Shown: positions 1 through 7,986 of the stretch, piece after piece
Layout of the letters: every line of letters begins with the position of its first letter
Position numbering within the stretch: the stretch's first letter is position 1
Source: Actinomycetota bacterium
GTDB taxonomy: Bacteria; Actinomycetota; Acidimicrobiia; Spongiisociales; UBA4744
DNA: 36,290 nucleotides
Direction: 5' to 3'
NCBI GenBank assembly: GCA_013152275.1
Contig: JAADGS010000065.1
Location: 1 to 36,290 of the forward strand
The notes under the pieces: model-generated
What the model was told of the DNA's origin: nothing
Database searches by the model: none
Seen by the model: only the letters and a program-made list of their open reading frames with translations
Made by a program: the position numbers and the translations under genes

Positions 1-18
1 CCGGCGACTCGGTTCTTC

Positions 19-64
19 TCGTACTTCGTGGCGCGACGCGGCATCGATGCAAGACCGTGGGGCG
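19..64 (+). repeat. Dispersed ~46-bp intergenic repeat, copy A
   Basis: tcgtacttcgtggcgcgacgcggcatcgatgcaagaccgtggggcg matches 17572-17617 at 40/46 positions without gaps. Confidence 0.75.
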
Positions 65-72
65 GTCATTGG

Positions 73-362
73 TCCCCCCAGGGAGCGAAGCGACCGTTGG
101 GGGGAAAGTACCGCAGCGGCTTTGCGCCGGCGTAGGAGAGGTCTTCCCCAGGAAGCGAAGCGACCGGTCTCTCCGCCCAGCGAGCGAAGCGAGCAGTGGG
201 GGAGTACGGCGAGGCCGGGAGGGGGGCCGATACACCGGACCCAAGACCCCCTCCGTCCTTGGCCAAAGCCCCGAGGGCATTGCCTCTGCCCGGAAAGAGG
301 CTCTACCCCATCGACCTCGGCTCGTTCCTCGCCTCGGCCACTTCCCCTGCGAGGGGAAGGAA
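73..362. repeat. Composite REP-like palindromic repeat cluster
   Basis: Three agcgaagcga cores inside GC-rich inverted repeats (tcccccca...tgggggga; ctccgccca...tgggggag), plus ggaggggg/ccccctcc and cttcccct-gcg-aggggaag; overlapping ORFs look non-coding. Confidence 0.6.
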
Positions 363-429
363 AGAGACCTCGCCCAGATCTCCGGGGCCCCCTGCGCCGT
401 CGCTGGGGACCCGTCGGGGCCGCTGGAGA

Positions 430-468
430 ACTCACGGAGGTCTTAAGTTCGTTTCAGGGTGTTCTCAC
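430..468 (+). promoter_or_regulatory. Four TCTCAG-like hexamers at 11-bp period (OmpR/PhoB-family, MprA-like boxes)
   Basis: ACTCAC 430, TCTTAA 441, TTTCAG 452, TCTCAC 463, upstream of the 511 CDS. Confidence 0.55.
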
Positions 469-510
469 GATGGTGGTCCACAGTGATGCCGTCCCACGAA
501 AGGAGACGAC

Positions 511-1140
511 ATGAAGAAGGCGCTCACGGTGCTGGCCGTTGCCGCCGTGGTACTCGGAGGAATCGGCTTCGTGGCCACCTCGCAGAGCGCTTCCGCCCAG
601 GAAGCGGATGCGGCGACCCAGGCTCGACACGTCGGGCCGATCGGTAGCGTGCTCGACCAACTTGTCGAGCAGAACACCATTACCGCCGACCAGGCACAGG
701 CGATTCGCGATGCCTTGGCCGCAAAGGCACCGTTCCGACGGGTTTTCGACCGCCCGGGGTTCAGGCAGGCACATGCCGGTCTGGAAACGGTCGCCGGTGT
801 ACTCGATATGTCCACCGAGGATCTGGTCGCTGCTCTTCAGAACGGGCAGACGATCGCAGACGTCGCCGGTGACAAGCTGCAGGCGGTGACCGGTGCACTC
901 ATCGAAAAGGCGAACGCTCGCATCGATCAGGCTGTCGAAAGTGGCCGCCTCGATGCCGGGCAGGCCGCGGATGCCAAGGTGAAAGCGGCTGAACGCATCG
1001 ACGCGATGGTGAATGGCGAAAGGCCGCGTGGCGATTGCGACGGCTCGCGACTCGGTGGTGGCTTCGGCCCGATGGGTGGCGGTCACGCAGGTGGCGGTCA
1101 CGCAGGTGGCGGCATCGGCCCGATGGCCGGCAACGCCTGA
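511..1140 (+). CDS. Secreted/exported alpha-helical protein with Gly/His-rich tail, function unknown
   Basis: RBS aaggag; signal peptide MKKALTVLAVAAVVLGG...ASA-Q; repeated 'LVEQNTITADQA'/'AVESGRLDAGQA' units; GGHAG x2 tail; downstream hairpin. Confidence 0.85.
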   Translation: MKKALTVLAVAAVVLGGIGFVATSQSASAQEADAATQARHVGPIGSVLDQLVEQNTITADQAQAIRDALAAKAPFRRVFDRPGFRQAHAGLETVAGVLDMSTEDLVAALQNGQTIADVAGDKLQAVTGALIEKANARIDQAVESGRLDAGQAADAKVKAAERIDAMVNGERPRGDCDGSRLGGGFGPMGGGHAGGGHAGGGIGPMAGNA

Positions 1141-1163
1141 TCCGGCACCCTTCCTTTCCTTCC

Positions 1164-1195
1164 ACGGTGACGCCCCCGAAAAGGGGCGTCACCGT
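1164..1195 (+). terminator. Stem-loop after the 511-1140 gene (probable terminator)
   Basis: Perfect 13-bp inverted repeat acggtgacgcccc / ggggcgtcaccgt with a 6-nt loop; no strong U tract. Confidence 0.65.
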
Positions 1196-1255
1196 CATAT
1201 GCACGGGACAAGAAGTGCTGAAGCGGTACCGTGTGTAGGACGGAAGGAGATCGCA

Positions 1256-1402
1256 TTGGCAGCCGATTCTGTCTACAAGATGCAGGTCGAGGAGTCCACG
1301 GCGAGGTGGGCCTCCGAGTACGAGGGCGAGACGTACTGCTTCTGTGCTCCCGGGTGCAGGCACGTCTTCGATGAGAGCCCCGAACAGTACGTGTCGGGCT
1401 GA
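1256..1402 (+). CDS. Small YHS/TRASH-domain metal-binding protein (atypical motif)
   Basis: RBS ggaaggag, TTG start; MAADSVYKMQVEE...SEYEGETYCFCAPGCRHVFDESPEQY follows the YHS pattern. Confidence 0.75.
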   Translation: MAADSVYKMQVEESTARWASEYEGETYCFCAPGCRHVFDESPEQYVSG

Positions 1403-1413
1403 GGCTGGTCGCA

Positions 1414-2406
1414 ATGAGAGTTCTCGTGCTCGGAGGCACCACCTTCTTCGGGCGTGCCGTCGTCGAACAGTTGCTCGACCGCGGTGACGAGGTCACCGTG
1501 TTCTCCCGTGGGAACACACGACCCGAATGGTGGGGGAGCATTGGTCATGTCATCGGTGATCGCACCGACTCCGGGTCGCTGGAACGGCTTCGCGGGCAAG
1601 CGTTCGATGCCGTGATCGACAATATCGCCTACACCGGAGGGGACGTCGACATTCTGCTGGACGTCATCGCGCCAACGGTCGGTCACTACGTGCTGACGAG
1701 CAGCTCGGCCGTCTACAACACCGCTCGCGGCTACCCGCCGTACGACGAAGACGACGTCGATCGAGCATTTCGTCCGCCCGCCGACAAGGTGGAATCGCCC
1801 GGATGGGCATACACGATCGGCAAGCTCACCGCCGAACAGGCCCTCGTCGACCGGACCGACGTTTCGTGGACGATCATTCGACCTCCGATCGTTCTGGGTC
1901 CCAACGATCCCACCCTTCGGGGATGGTTCTACTTCCAGCGCCTTCTCGACGGCGGACCGCTGCTCCTTCGTTGCTGCGGGGAACGCAGCTTCAGAATCGT
2001 CTCTTCGCAGGACCTCGCCCGAGGGTATGTGAGCGTTCTCGACACACCCGACGCGAGAGGGAGGGTGTACAACATCACGCAGCAGGAGGTGGTGCGGATG
2101 CGGGACTTCCTGGCCGCTGCGGCGGAGGGACTGGACGTTCCGCTCGATATCGTCGGCATCACCGAACGGGACCTCTCCCACGTCGCCCTGGAGTACGCCG
2201 ATCCATACGATCGGCTGTCGAACTTCATCCCGTCGGTGGAACGGGCCGAACGCGACCTGGGCTACCGCTCGACACCGTTCAAGGACTGGGTGGGCGAGAC
2301 CGCGCGTTGGTACCGAGACTGTTACGAGGGAGCGAACTCGAGCGGATACGAACGCAGGGGTGACGAGATCCGTCTCGTCCGTGAACTCGCTTCCTATCCC
2401 TGGTGA
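1414..2406 (+). CDS. NAD-dependent epimerase/dehydratase family protein (atypical/extended SDR)
   Basis: N-terminal VLGGTTFFG Rossmann motif, SSSAVY, YxxxK (YTIGK), IIRPPIVLGP. Confidence 0.9.
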   Translation: MRVLVLGGTTFFGRAVVEQLLDRGDEVTVFSRGNTRPEWWGSIGHVIGDRTDSGSLERLRGQAFDAVIDNIAYTGGDVDILLDVIAPTVGHYVLTSSSAVYNTARGYPPYDEDDVDRAFRPPADKVESPGWAYTIGKLTAEQALVDRTDVSWTIIRPPIVLGPNDPTLRGWFYFQRLLDGGPLLLRCCGERSFRIVSSQDLARGYVSVLDTPDARGRVYNITQQEVVRMRDFLAAAAEGLDVPLDIVGITERDLSHVALEYADPYDRLSNFIPSVERAERDLGYRSTPFKDWVGETARWYRDCYEGANSSGYERRGDEIRLVRELASYPW

Positions 2407-2407
2407 G

Positions 2408-3196
2408 TCATCGGTCCACCTGGGCGAGGAAGGAGAGGACGAGCTCATTGAACGTTTCCGCCTGGTCGATCGGCGTCGCGTGATGCGAGTGTTCCACGAC
2501 TGCGAGTCGCGCCGTGGGCATTCGGCTCACGAACTCCTGTTTGGCGGACACCGGCGTGTAGTCCTGGTCGGCCGAGACCACGAGCACAGGGCAGCTGATC
2601 CGGTCGATGCGATCGGCGACGCTCCAGCCGATGAGAGCTCGTGTGGCCGCCTTGTAGCCGGCCTTGTCGTTTTCAAGAAAGCCCTCCTTGAACAGTCGGA
2701 GGAACTCGGCCTGACCCGGCTCCGGGAAGAGCCGATTACCGATCGTGTCGGCGATCTTGCCCATTGGGAGCAGGTTGACGAGGATCCTGCGTTGCCAGAG
2801 GCCGAATCGATCGCGCAAGGTGCTCGGCACGAGGGCCGGTCCCGCGTTGACGGCGACGAGGCTCTTGACCCGGTCCGGGTGGTCGACGGCCAGTTGAAAG
2901 CCGACCATGCCGCCCATCGAGAGACCCACCACGTTGACGGCACGTAGCTCCAGGGCGTCCAGAAGACCCAGCACGTCGCCTGCGAACATGGGGACGCTGT
3001 ATGGACCGGGCGGACGGTCGGTCCGGCCGTGGCCTCGAAGATCGGTGAGGATGACATGATGCCGGGCGGCGAACGGCTCTCGTTGCAGCACCCATCCCTT
3101 GCTGCTCGACCCGAGTCCGTGCAGCAGCAGGACCGGGTCTCCCGATCCGAGCGTCTCGTAGTACATCTCGAGGTCCCCAACGTGGAGCATGGTCAT
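2408..3196 (-). CDS. Alpha/beta hydrolase (3-oxoadipate enol-lactonase-like)
   Basis: LLHGLG, DLRGHG, GLSMGG nucleophile elbow, catalytic Asp (DQD) and His (SHH). Confidence 0.9.
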   Translation of the reverse strand: MTMLHVGDLEMYYETLGSGDPVLLLHGLGSSSKGWVLQREPFAARHHVILTDLRGHGRTDRPPGPYSVPMFAGDVLGLLDALELRAVNVVGLSMGGMVGFQLAVDHPDRVKSLVAVNAGPALVPSTLRDRFGLWQRRILVNLLPMGKIADTIGNRLFPEPGQAEFLRLFKEGFLENDKAGYKAATRALIGWSVADRIDRISCPVLVVSADQDYTPVSAKQEFVSRMPTARLAVVEHSHHATPIDQAETFNELVLSFLAQVDR

Positions 3197-3804
3197 GCCG
3201 GCGTTCCTTTCTCCGAGGCTCCCGTTGCTTCACCGACGAACACGAGGGCCAGTGCAGACAGCAGATGCCAGAGGCCATGGCCCTGGATCGGCGATGCGGG
3301 ATCACACCAGGGTCCGCCGGTCCTACTGAGCACATAGACGACGAGCGCACCCGAGAAGATACCGAGAGCTGTGGCCATCCGCCGGTCTCGCCTCAGCCTC
3401 GGATTCCGAATCGCTCCCACGGCGAAGGCCGCGATCGCCGCCGCCGTCAGACCATGCCGTGTCGCGGGAGCGATCCCGATGACGAGACCGGCTGCGGCCA
3501 CCGTGGCAAGCCAGACCCAAACCGCTCGAACGTCTGGTCGTGAAGACGCCCAGACCGCCAACCAGGCCATCGTGGCGATCACGGCAAGGGACTCTGCAGC
3601 CGAGGCAGGCGCGCCGGCTTCTGCGTGAAACCAGAAACTCGTCGCTCCGAGAACAACGAGTGACAGCCCGAACACCAAAGGACCGGTTGTTCTCCGGCGC
3701 CCGATGGTCCACACCCCGGCCACGACGAACGCAAGCGCGGTAAACGCCGCCACCGGCTGCGCCGGGAACGTGAGACGAATCAGCTCACAGTCGTGGGGTG
3801 ACAT
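3193..3804 (-). CDS. CREST-superfamily (ceramidase-like) membrane protein
   Basis: N-terminal DCE...QP, SFWFH (SxxxH), C-terminal GHGLWH (HxxxH), multiple TM helices; TACGGT -10 box 6 nt before the ATG; stop overlaps the next start. Confidence 0.75.
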   Translation of the reverse strand: MSPHDCELIRLTFPAQPVAAFTALAFVVAGVWTIGRRRTTGPLVFGLSLVVLGATSFWFHAEAGAPASAAESLAVIATMAWLAVWASSRPDVRAVWVWLATVAAAGLVIGIAPATRHGLTAAAIAAFAVGAIRNPRLRRDRRMATALGIFSGALVVYVLSRTGGPWCDPASPIQGHGLWHLLSALALVFVGEATGASEKGTPA

Positions 3805-3886
3805 GACCCCACCGTACCGGAGCGTGCGCCCCGCCATCTCTCGGGCACCGCGGGCCGCAGATCTTGCGCAACCTCCGGAAGACCGG

Positions 3887-4729
3887 CTACGCGACCGTCT
3901 TGCGATACACCCGTACGGCGAGTGGCGCGAAGACCACCAGGATGCCCGCGATCCACAGCAGCGACGTGAGGACTTCGCCGGCCACCGTCTGACCTGCCGG
4001 GAGCACCCCATCGCCGAGGACGAGTCCCCGGATGGCATTGGTGAGCACGGTGATCGGCTGGTTGTTGGCGAACCCTTGGAGCCATGTGGGGAGTGTCTGC
4101 GTCGGAATGAACACCGAGCTCGCGAAGACCAGGGGAAACACCGGCAGGAACACTGCCGATTGTGCGGCCTCCGGGTTCTTGACCAGCAGTCCAAGAACGG
4201 CCATCACCCACGACAGGCTGAACGCGAAGAGCAGCGCCAATCCCAGGCCCAGAGACATGCCGAGGAAGTTGGTCTGGACCCGGAACCCGATGAGGAAGCC
4301 GACGCTGAGCATCAGCGAGATCACGAGCCAGTTCCTCACGAGATCCGAGATCGTGCGTCCGGCCAGCACGGCGGAGCGCGCCATCGGGAGGGAGCGGAAC
4401 CGGTCGATGACCCCTGCGGAAAGATCCTCGGTGAGCCCGAGCGCAGTCTGCCCGGCTCCGAACGCCGCCACCTGGATGAGGAGGCCGGGAACGAGCCAGT
4501 TGATGTAGCTGCCGCCTGCCGCAGGTGGCAGGGCCATGCCGATCGCTCCGCCGAACACATAGTTGAACAGCAGCAGGAACATCACAGGCTGCACGGTTGC
4601 GAACAGCAGCACCTGGGGCACTCTCACGTTGCGCCGCAGGTTTCGCTTGGTGATGACGAGCGTGTCCTTGATCGTGTGAGAGAGCGACATCCTCGTGCGG
4701 ATAGGTGCGGTAGCGGTTGCGGCGGTCAT
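3887..4729 (-). CDS. ABC-2 type exporter permease (DrrB-like)
   Basis: About six TM helices, QPVMFLLLF, GVIDRFRSLPM, NQPIT motifs; translationally coupled to the ATPase. Confidence 0.92.
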   Translation of the reverse strand: MTAATATAPIRTRMSLSHTIKDTLVITKRNLRRNVRVPQVLLFATVQPVMFLLLFNYVFGGAIGMALPPAAGGSYINWLVPGLLIQVAAFGAGQTALGLTEDLSAGVIDRFRSLPMARSAVLAGRTISDLVRNWLVISLMLSVGFLIGFRVQTNFLGMSLGLGLALLFAFSLSWVMAVLGLLVKNPEAAQSAVFLPVFPLVFASSVFIPTQTLPTWLQGFANNQPITVLTNAIRGLVLGDGVLPAGQTVAGEVLTSLLWIAGILVVFAPLAVRVYRKTVA

Positions 4730-5721
4730 CAGTTTCTCCTCGCAGGACGGCGTGTGCGGTCGCCGTTCTTCTCTTCGTGTTGTGCCGTGTGTCCGGTGAG
4801 TTCGAGGAACACGTCGTCGAGGGTTGGTCGTCGCAGTGCGATGTCTTCGGGAACGACGTTGATCTGGTCGAGGATGCGCACCGTGTCGGTCAACGTCGCA
4901 GGCCCGTTCGCGGCCGGCACCACGATCTTGTTCGATTTGGGCTCGAACGTCGGTCGGTGGCCGTTGATGGAGGCCAGCGCCGCCAGCGTTTCCTCACGGC
5001 GATGATCGGCGACCGTGATCTCGACGACTGCTCCGCCCATGCGCTCCTTCAATGCAGCCGGCGTTCCCTCGGTGATCAGCGTGCCATGGTCGAGAACGCC
5101 AACCCGATCCGTGAGTTGGTCTGCTTCGTCGAGGTACTGGGTGGTGAGCAGGATCGTCGTGCCGTCATCGACGAGTTCCTTGATCAGATCCCAGAGATCG
5201 ATGCGACTTCCAGGATCGATCCCGGAGGTGGGTTCGTCCAGGAACAGCACCTGTGGCCTGCCCACCATCGACGCCGCCAGGTCGAGGCGGCGTTTCATCC
5301 CACCCGAGTACGTGCGGACGAGTCGGTCCGCGTCGTCGTCCAGGTGGATTCTCTCCAGAACGTCGGCAGCCCTTCGCTTCGCCTCCGCCTTCGAGAGGTT
5401 GTACAGGCGGCCGACCATCTCGACGTTTTCTCTCCCGGTGAGGTAGGCGTCGACGGCTGCGAACTGGCCGGCGAGTCCCATACGGGTCCGGGCGGTCCTC
5501 GGATCGGCGAGAAGGTCGATGCCGGCGATCTCTGCACTGCCGGAGTCCGGTCTGATGAGCGTGGTCATCACCCTGATGAGCGTCGTCTTGCCTGCGCCGT
5601 TCGGGCCGAGGAGCCCGTAGATGATGCCGGGTTCGACTTCGAGGCTGACGTTGTCGAGGGCGGTCAGGGAACCGTAGGTCTTGACGATGTTCTCTGCGCG
5701 CAAGATCGGTCGTGTTGCCAT
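4729..5721 (-). CDS. ABC exporter ATP-binding subunit (DrrA-like)
   Basis: Walker A GPNGAGKT, signature YSGGM, Walker B LFLDEPT, TTQYLDEAD, C-terminal PTLDDVFL; ATG at 5721 follows RBS aaagga. Confidence 0.95.
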   Translation of the reverse strand: MATRPILRAENIVKTYGSLTALDNVSLEVEPGIIYGLLGPNGAGKTTLIRVMTTLIRPDSGSAEIAGIDLLADPRTARTRMGLAGQFAAVDAYLTGRENVEMVGRLYNLSKAEAKRRAADVLERIHLDDDADRLVRTYSGGMKRRLDLAASMVGRPQVLFLDEPTSGIDPGSRIDLWDLIKELVDDGTTILLTTQYLDEADQLTDRVGVLDHGTLITEGTPAALKERMGGAVVEITVADHRREETLAALASINGHRPTFEPKSNKIVVPAANGPATLTDTVRILDQINVVPEDIALRRPTLDDVFLELTGHTAQHEEKNGDRTRRPARRN

Positions 5722-5809
5722 GGCGTATCTTCCTTTCGGCGCCATAGTATTTGTGGTAAGAAACTATACATAATCGAAACTGTTGTGAAGATGAACTAGT
5801 ATGAGGGTT

Positions 5810-6253
5810 GTGAACAACGAAGACCAGGTAGCCGAGGTGATGAAGCTCCTCAGGGAGCTGTCCAACCGGATGCGACAGCGTGTCTTCACCAGACTCGAGG
5901 AACTCGATGTGACACCGCACATGGCGTGGGCGCTGCACCACCTCGGTGATGGGATACCGATGGGAACGCTTGCCGACCGGCTGTCATGTGACGCGTCGTA
6001 CGTGACCGGGATCGCCGACAGGCTCGAGCGCCGCGGACTCGCCGAGCGCAGATCGGATCCATCCGACCGACGGGTCAAGCAACTGGTCTTGACCGACGAG
6101 GGGAAGCGGGTCAGGGACATGGTTGAAGGCCGGCTCTTCGAGCAGCCGCCATTGCTCAGATTCCTCGACGGCGGGGAACTCGAAATGCTCAAGCGAATCC
6201 TCGAAAAGATGCTCGGGTCAAACGGCCCCGAGGCGCACGAGGTTTCCGGATAG
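5810..6253 (+). CDS. MarR family transcriptional regulator
   Basis: Winged HTH with DRLERRGL and DRRVK...LTDEG; divergent from the ABC operon; GTG start 7 nt after TAGTAT (alternative ATG at 5801). Confidence 0.92.
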   Translation: MNNEDQVAEVMKLLRELSNRMRQRVFTRLEELDVTPHMAWALHHLGDGIPMGTLADRLSCDASYVTGIADRLERRGLAERRSDPSDRRVKQLVLTDEGKRVRDMVEGRLFEQPPLLRFLDGGELEMLKRILEKMLGSNGPEAHEVSG

Positions 6254-6441
6254 GCTCACGGTGCGGTTCACCGGGGATCGCGCAGCCGAGCATCGCTGGT
6301 GTGGACACCACTTTCGGCGCCTCGCTTCCGGCGTCGCCACGGTCCTCGATGTCGACTCCGGGAGTGTGCCCTCTGCAAGAGCGCGGCGACGGCTCGAACG
6401 GTGCTCGACGTTCGTCTGGTCGATGTAGGCCAGGGAATGGT

Positions 6442-7791
6442 TCAACCGGTGGGACGATTCCATACGGACGACATCATGCGGTTTCGGAGACTGTCGTAGA
6501 TGGGCTCGTTACGAAGCAGTGAGGCGGTGAGCACCGCTCCGAATGCCGCAGCCAACATCGGGACGACCAGGGTCGTCGTTGCGGTCATCTCGACAATGAG
6601 GACGATGCCCGTGAGGGGAGCTCGCACGATCACGGCGAAGAGGGTGGACATTCCGACGATGGCGAAGGCTGCCACGGTGGTTCCCGGTCCTGAGAGGAAG
6701 CCTGATGTGAGTCCATGGAACACTGCCCCCCACAGCGCTCCCACGGCAAGGAGGGGCGAGAAGAGGCCACCGGGTGTTTGCGTCGCGTACGACAGCGGCC
6801 CGAGGAAGAAGCGGACCGCGAAGTAGCCGGCCACGGACGCGAGGACGATTCCCCCTCCAAGCACGTGTTCGGTGAGTCGGTCTCCACCTCCGGTCGCGAC
6901 GAGTGGATCGAACCACAGCAGCAGGCCGACGATCGCTCCGATCGCAGCGGACTTGAGAATCGGCGGAACGTTTTTCATCCGGTCGGACAAGTCCAGGAAG
7001 AAGAGAATGAGCCGGTTGTAGAAGACGCCGACGACACCGGTGAGCAGTCCGAAGAGGACGAAGATGCCGATGGTCCAGCCGCTCGGTGTGCCGATGGGGC
7101 CCACCGGGAAATCGGGCTGGTTGCCGAGGATGAATCGGGAAGACACGATGGCGGTCGCCGTACCGATGAGTGTCACGAGCCCAAGGCGGAGTCGGATCGA
7201 CTTTGCCACTTCTTCGAATACGAACAGTGCGGCTCCGAGTGGGGCGTTGAAGGCAACGCCGAGGCCTGCCCCGCCGAGAGCCGTTTGCAGGATGCGGATG
7301 TCACGCTCACCGAGGCGGAGGCGCCGTCCCGCTTCGGAGCCGATTGCTGCGCCCAGGTGCACGGTTGGGCCCTCACGTCCCAGCGCGAGCCCGGCTCCGA
7401 TGGCGAGCAGGCCGCCGACGAACTTGGCGGGGAGGACTTCCCACGAGGTTGCCGGGATATCGCCGCGCCAAACAGCTTCCACGTCCTGGATACCGCTTCC
7501 CGACACTCGAGGAACGAACACCACGATGAGTCTTGCCAGTGCCGTGAAGCCCACGACGACGATGATGGGAAGGATCCAGCCGGGTCCCGACCAGGCGTGC
7601 GCCCACTGCAGAAACGACAACCGGTACTCGTCTGCATCGAACAGGAGCTTGCGGAAGTAGCCTCCTGCGATACCGACCAGTATCCCTGCCAAGGCGGCCA
7701 CCACACTGATCACGATCAAGCCCAGCGTGTCGCGCTGGTCTTCCTGCTCCGTCGGGTCCTCAGGATGTGGGGTTGGAGTTGCTGTGCTCAT
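6442..7791 (-). CDS. clcA: ClC family H+/Cl- exchange transporter
   Basis: GSGIQ, GREGP (gating Glu), FNAPLG...FEE (both Glu), PGGLFSP, VRAPLTG, PIY. Confidence 0.9.
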   Translation of the reverse strand: MSTATPTPHPEDPTEQEDQRDTLGLIVISVVAALAGILVGIAGGYFRKLLFDADEYRLSFLQWAHAWSGPGWILPIIVVVGFTALARLIVVFVPRVSGSGIQDVEAVWRGDIPATSWEVLPAKFVGGLLAIGAGLALGREGPTVHLGAAIGSEAGRRLRLGERDIRILQTALGGAGLGVAFNAPLGAALFVFEEVAKSIRLRLGLVTLIGTATAIVSSRFILGNQPDFPVGPIGTPSGWTIGIFVLFGLLTGVVGVFYNRLILFFLDLSDRMKNVPPILKSAAIGAIVGLLLWFDPLVATGGGDRLTEHVLGGGIVLASVAGYFAVRFFLGPLSYATQTPGGLFSPLLAVGALWGAVFHGLTSGFLSGPGTTVAAFAIVGMSTLFAVIVRAPLTGIVLIVEMTATTTLVVPMLAAAFGAVLTASLLRNEPIYDSLRNRMMSSVWNRPTG

Positions 7792-7986
7792 TCGCTCGCT
7801 GTTCTCTTACACACTGTGGTGTTGCAGCCACCGGTGGAGGCCGTCACCTACGATAGTGGGTGCTCAGACCGCTCCCAGGTCATAATGGAAGTACCCGCGA
7901 AAGGTGGACCCGATGCGATCGCCTGTATCGAGCCCTTGTGTGTACGGTTCACGAGCAGTCGGCTCTCGACCGGTGATGACGTCCGT

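Noticed and set aside
47..514. Several overlapping ORFs of 66-155 aa at the window start
   Set aside because: Pro/Arg/Gly-rich translations of a palindromic repeat cluster, with no family motifs
6254..6441. Short ORFs between marR and clcA
   Set aside because: No start signals or recognisable motifs; at most a decayed fragment that I cannot support
6715..7986. 1134-aa ORF suggesting a giant N-terminal extension on the APC permease
   Set aside because: The extension is the antisense shadow of clcA; permease homology begins at KRELGL (about 7987)
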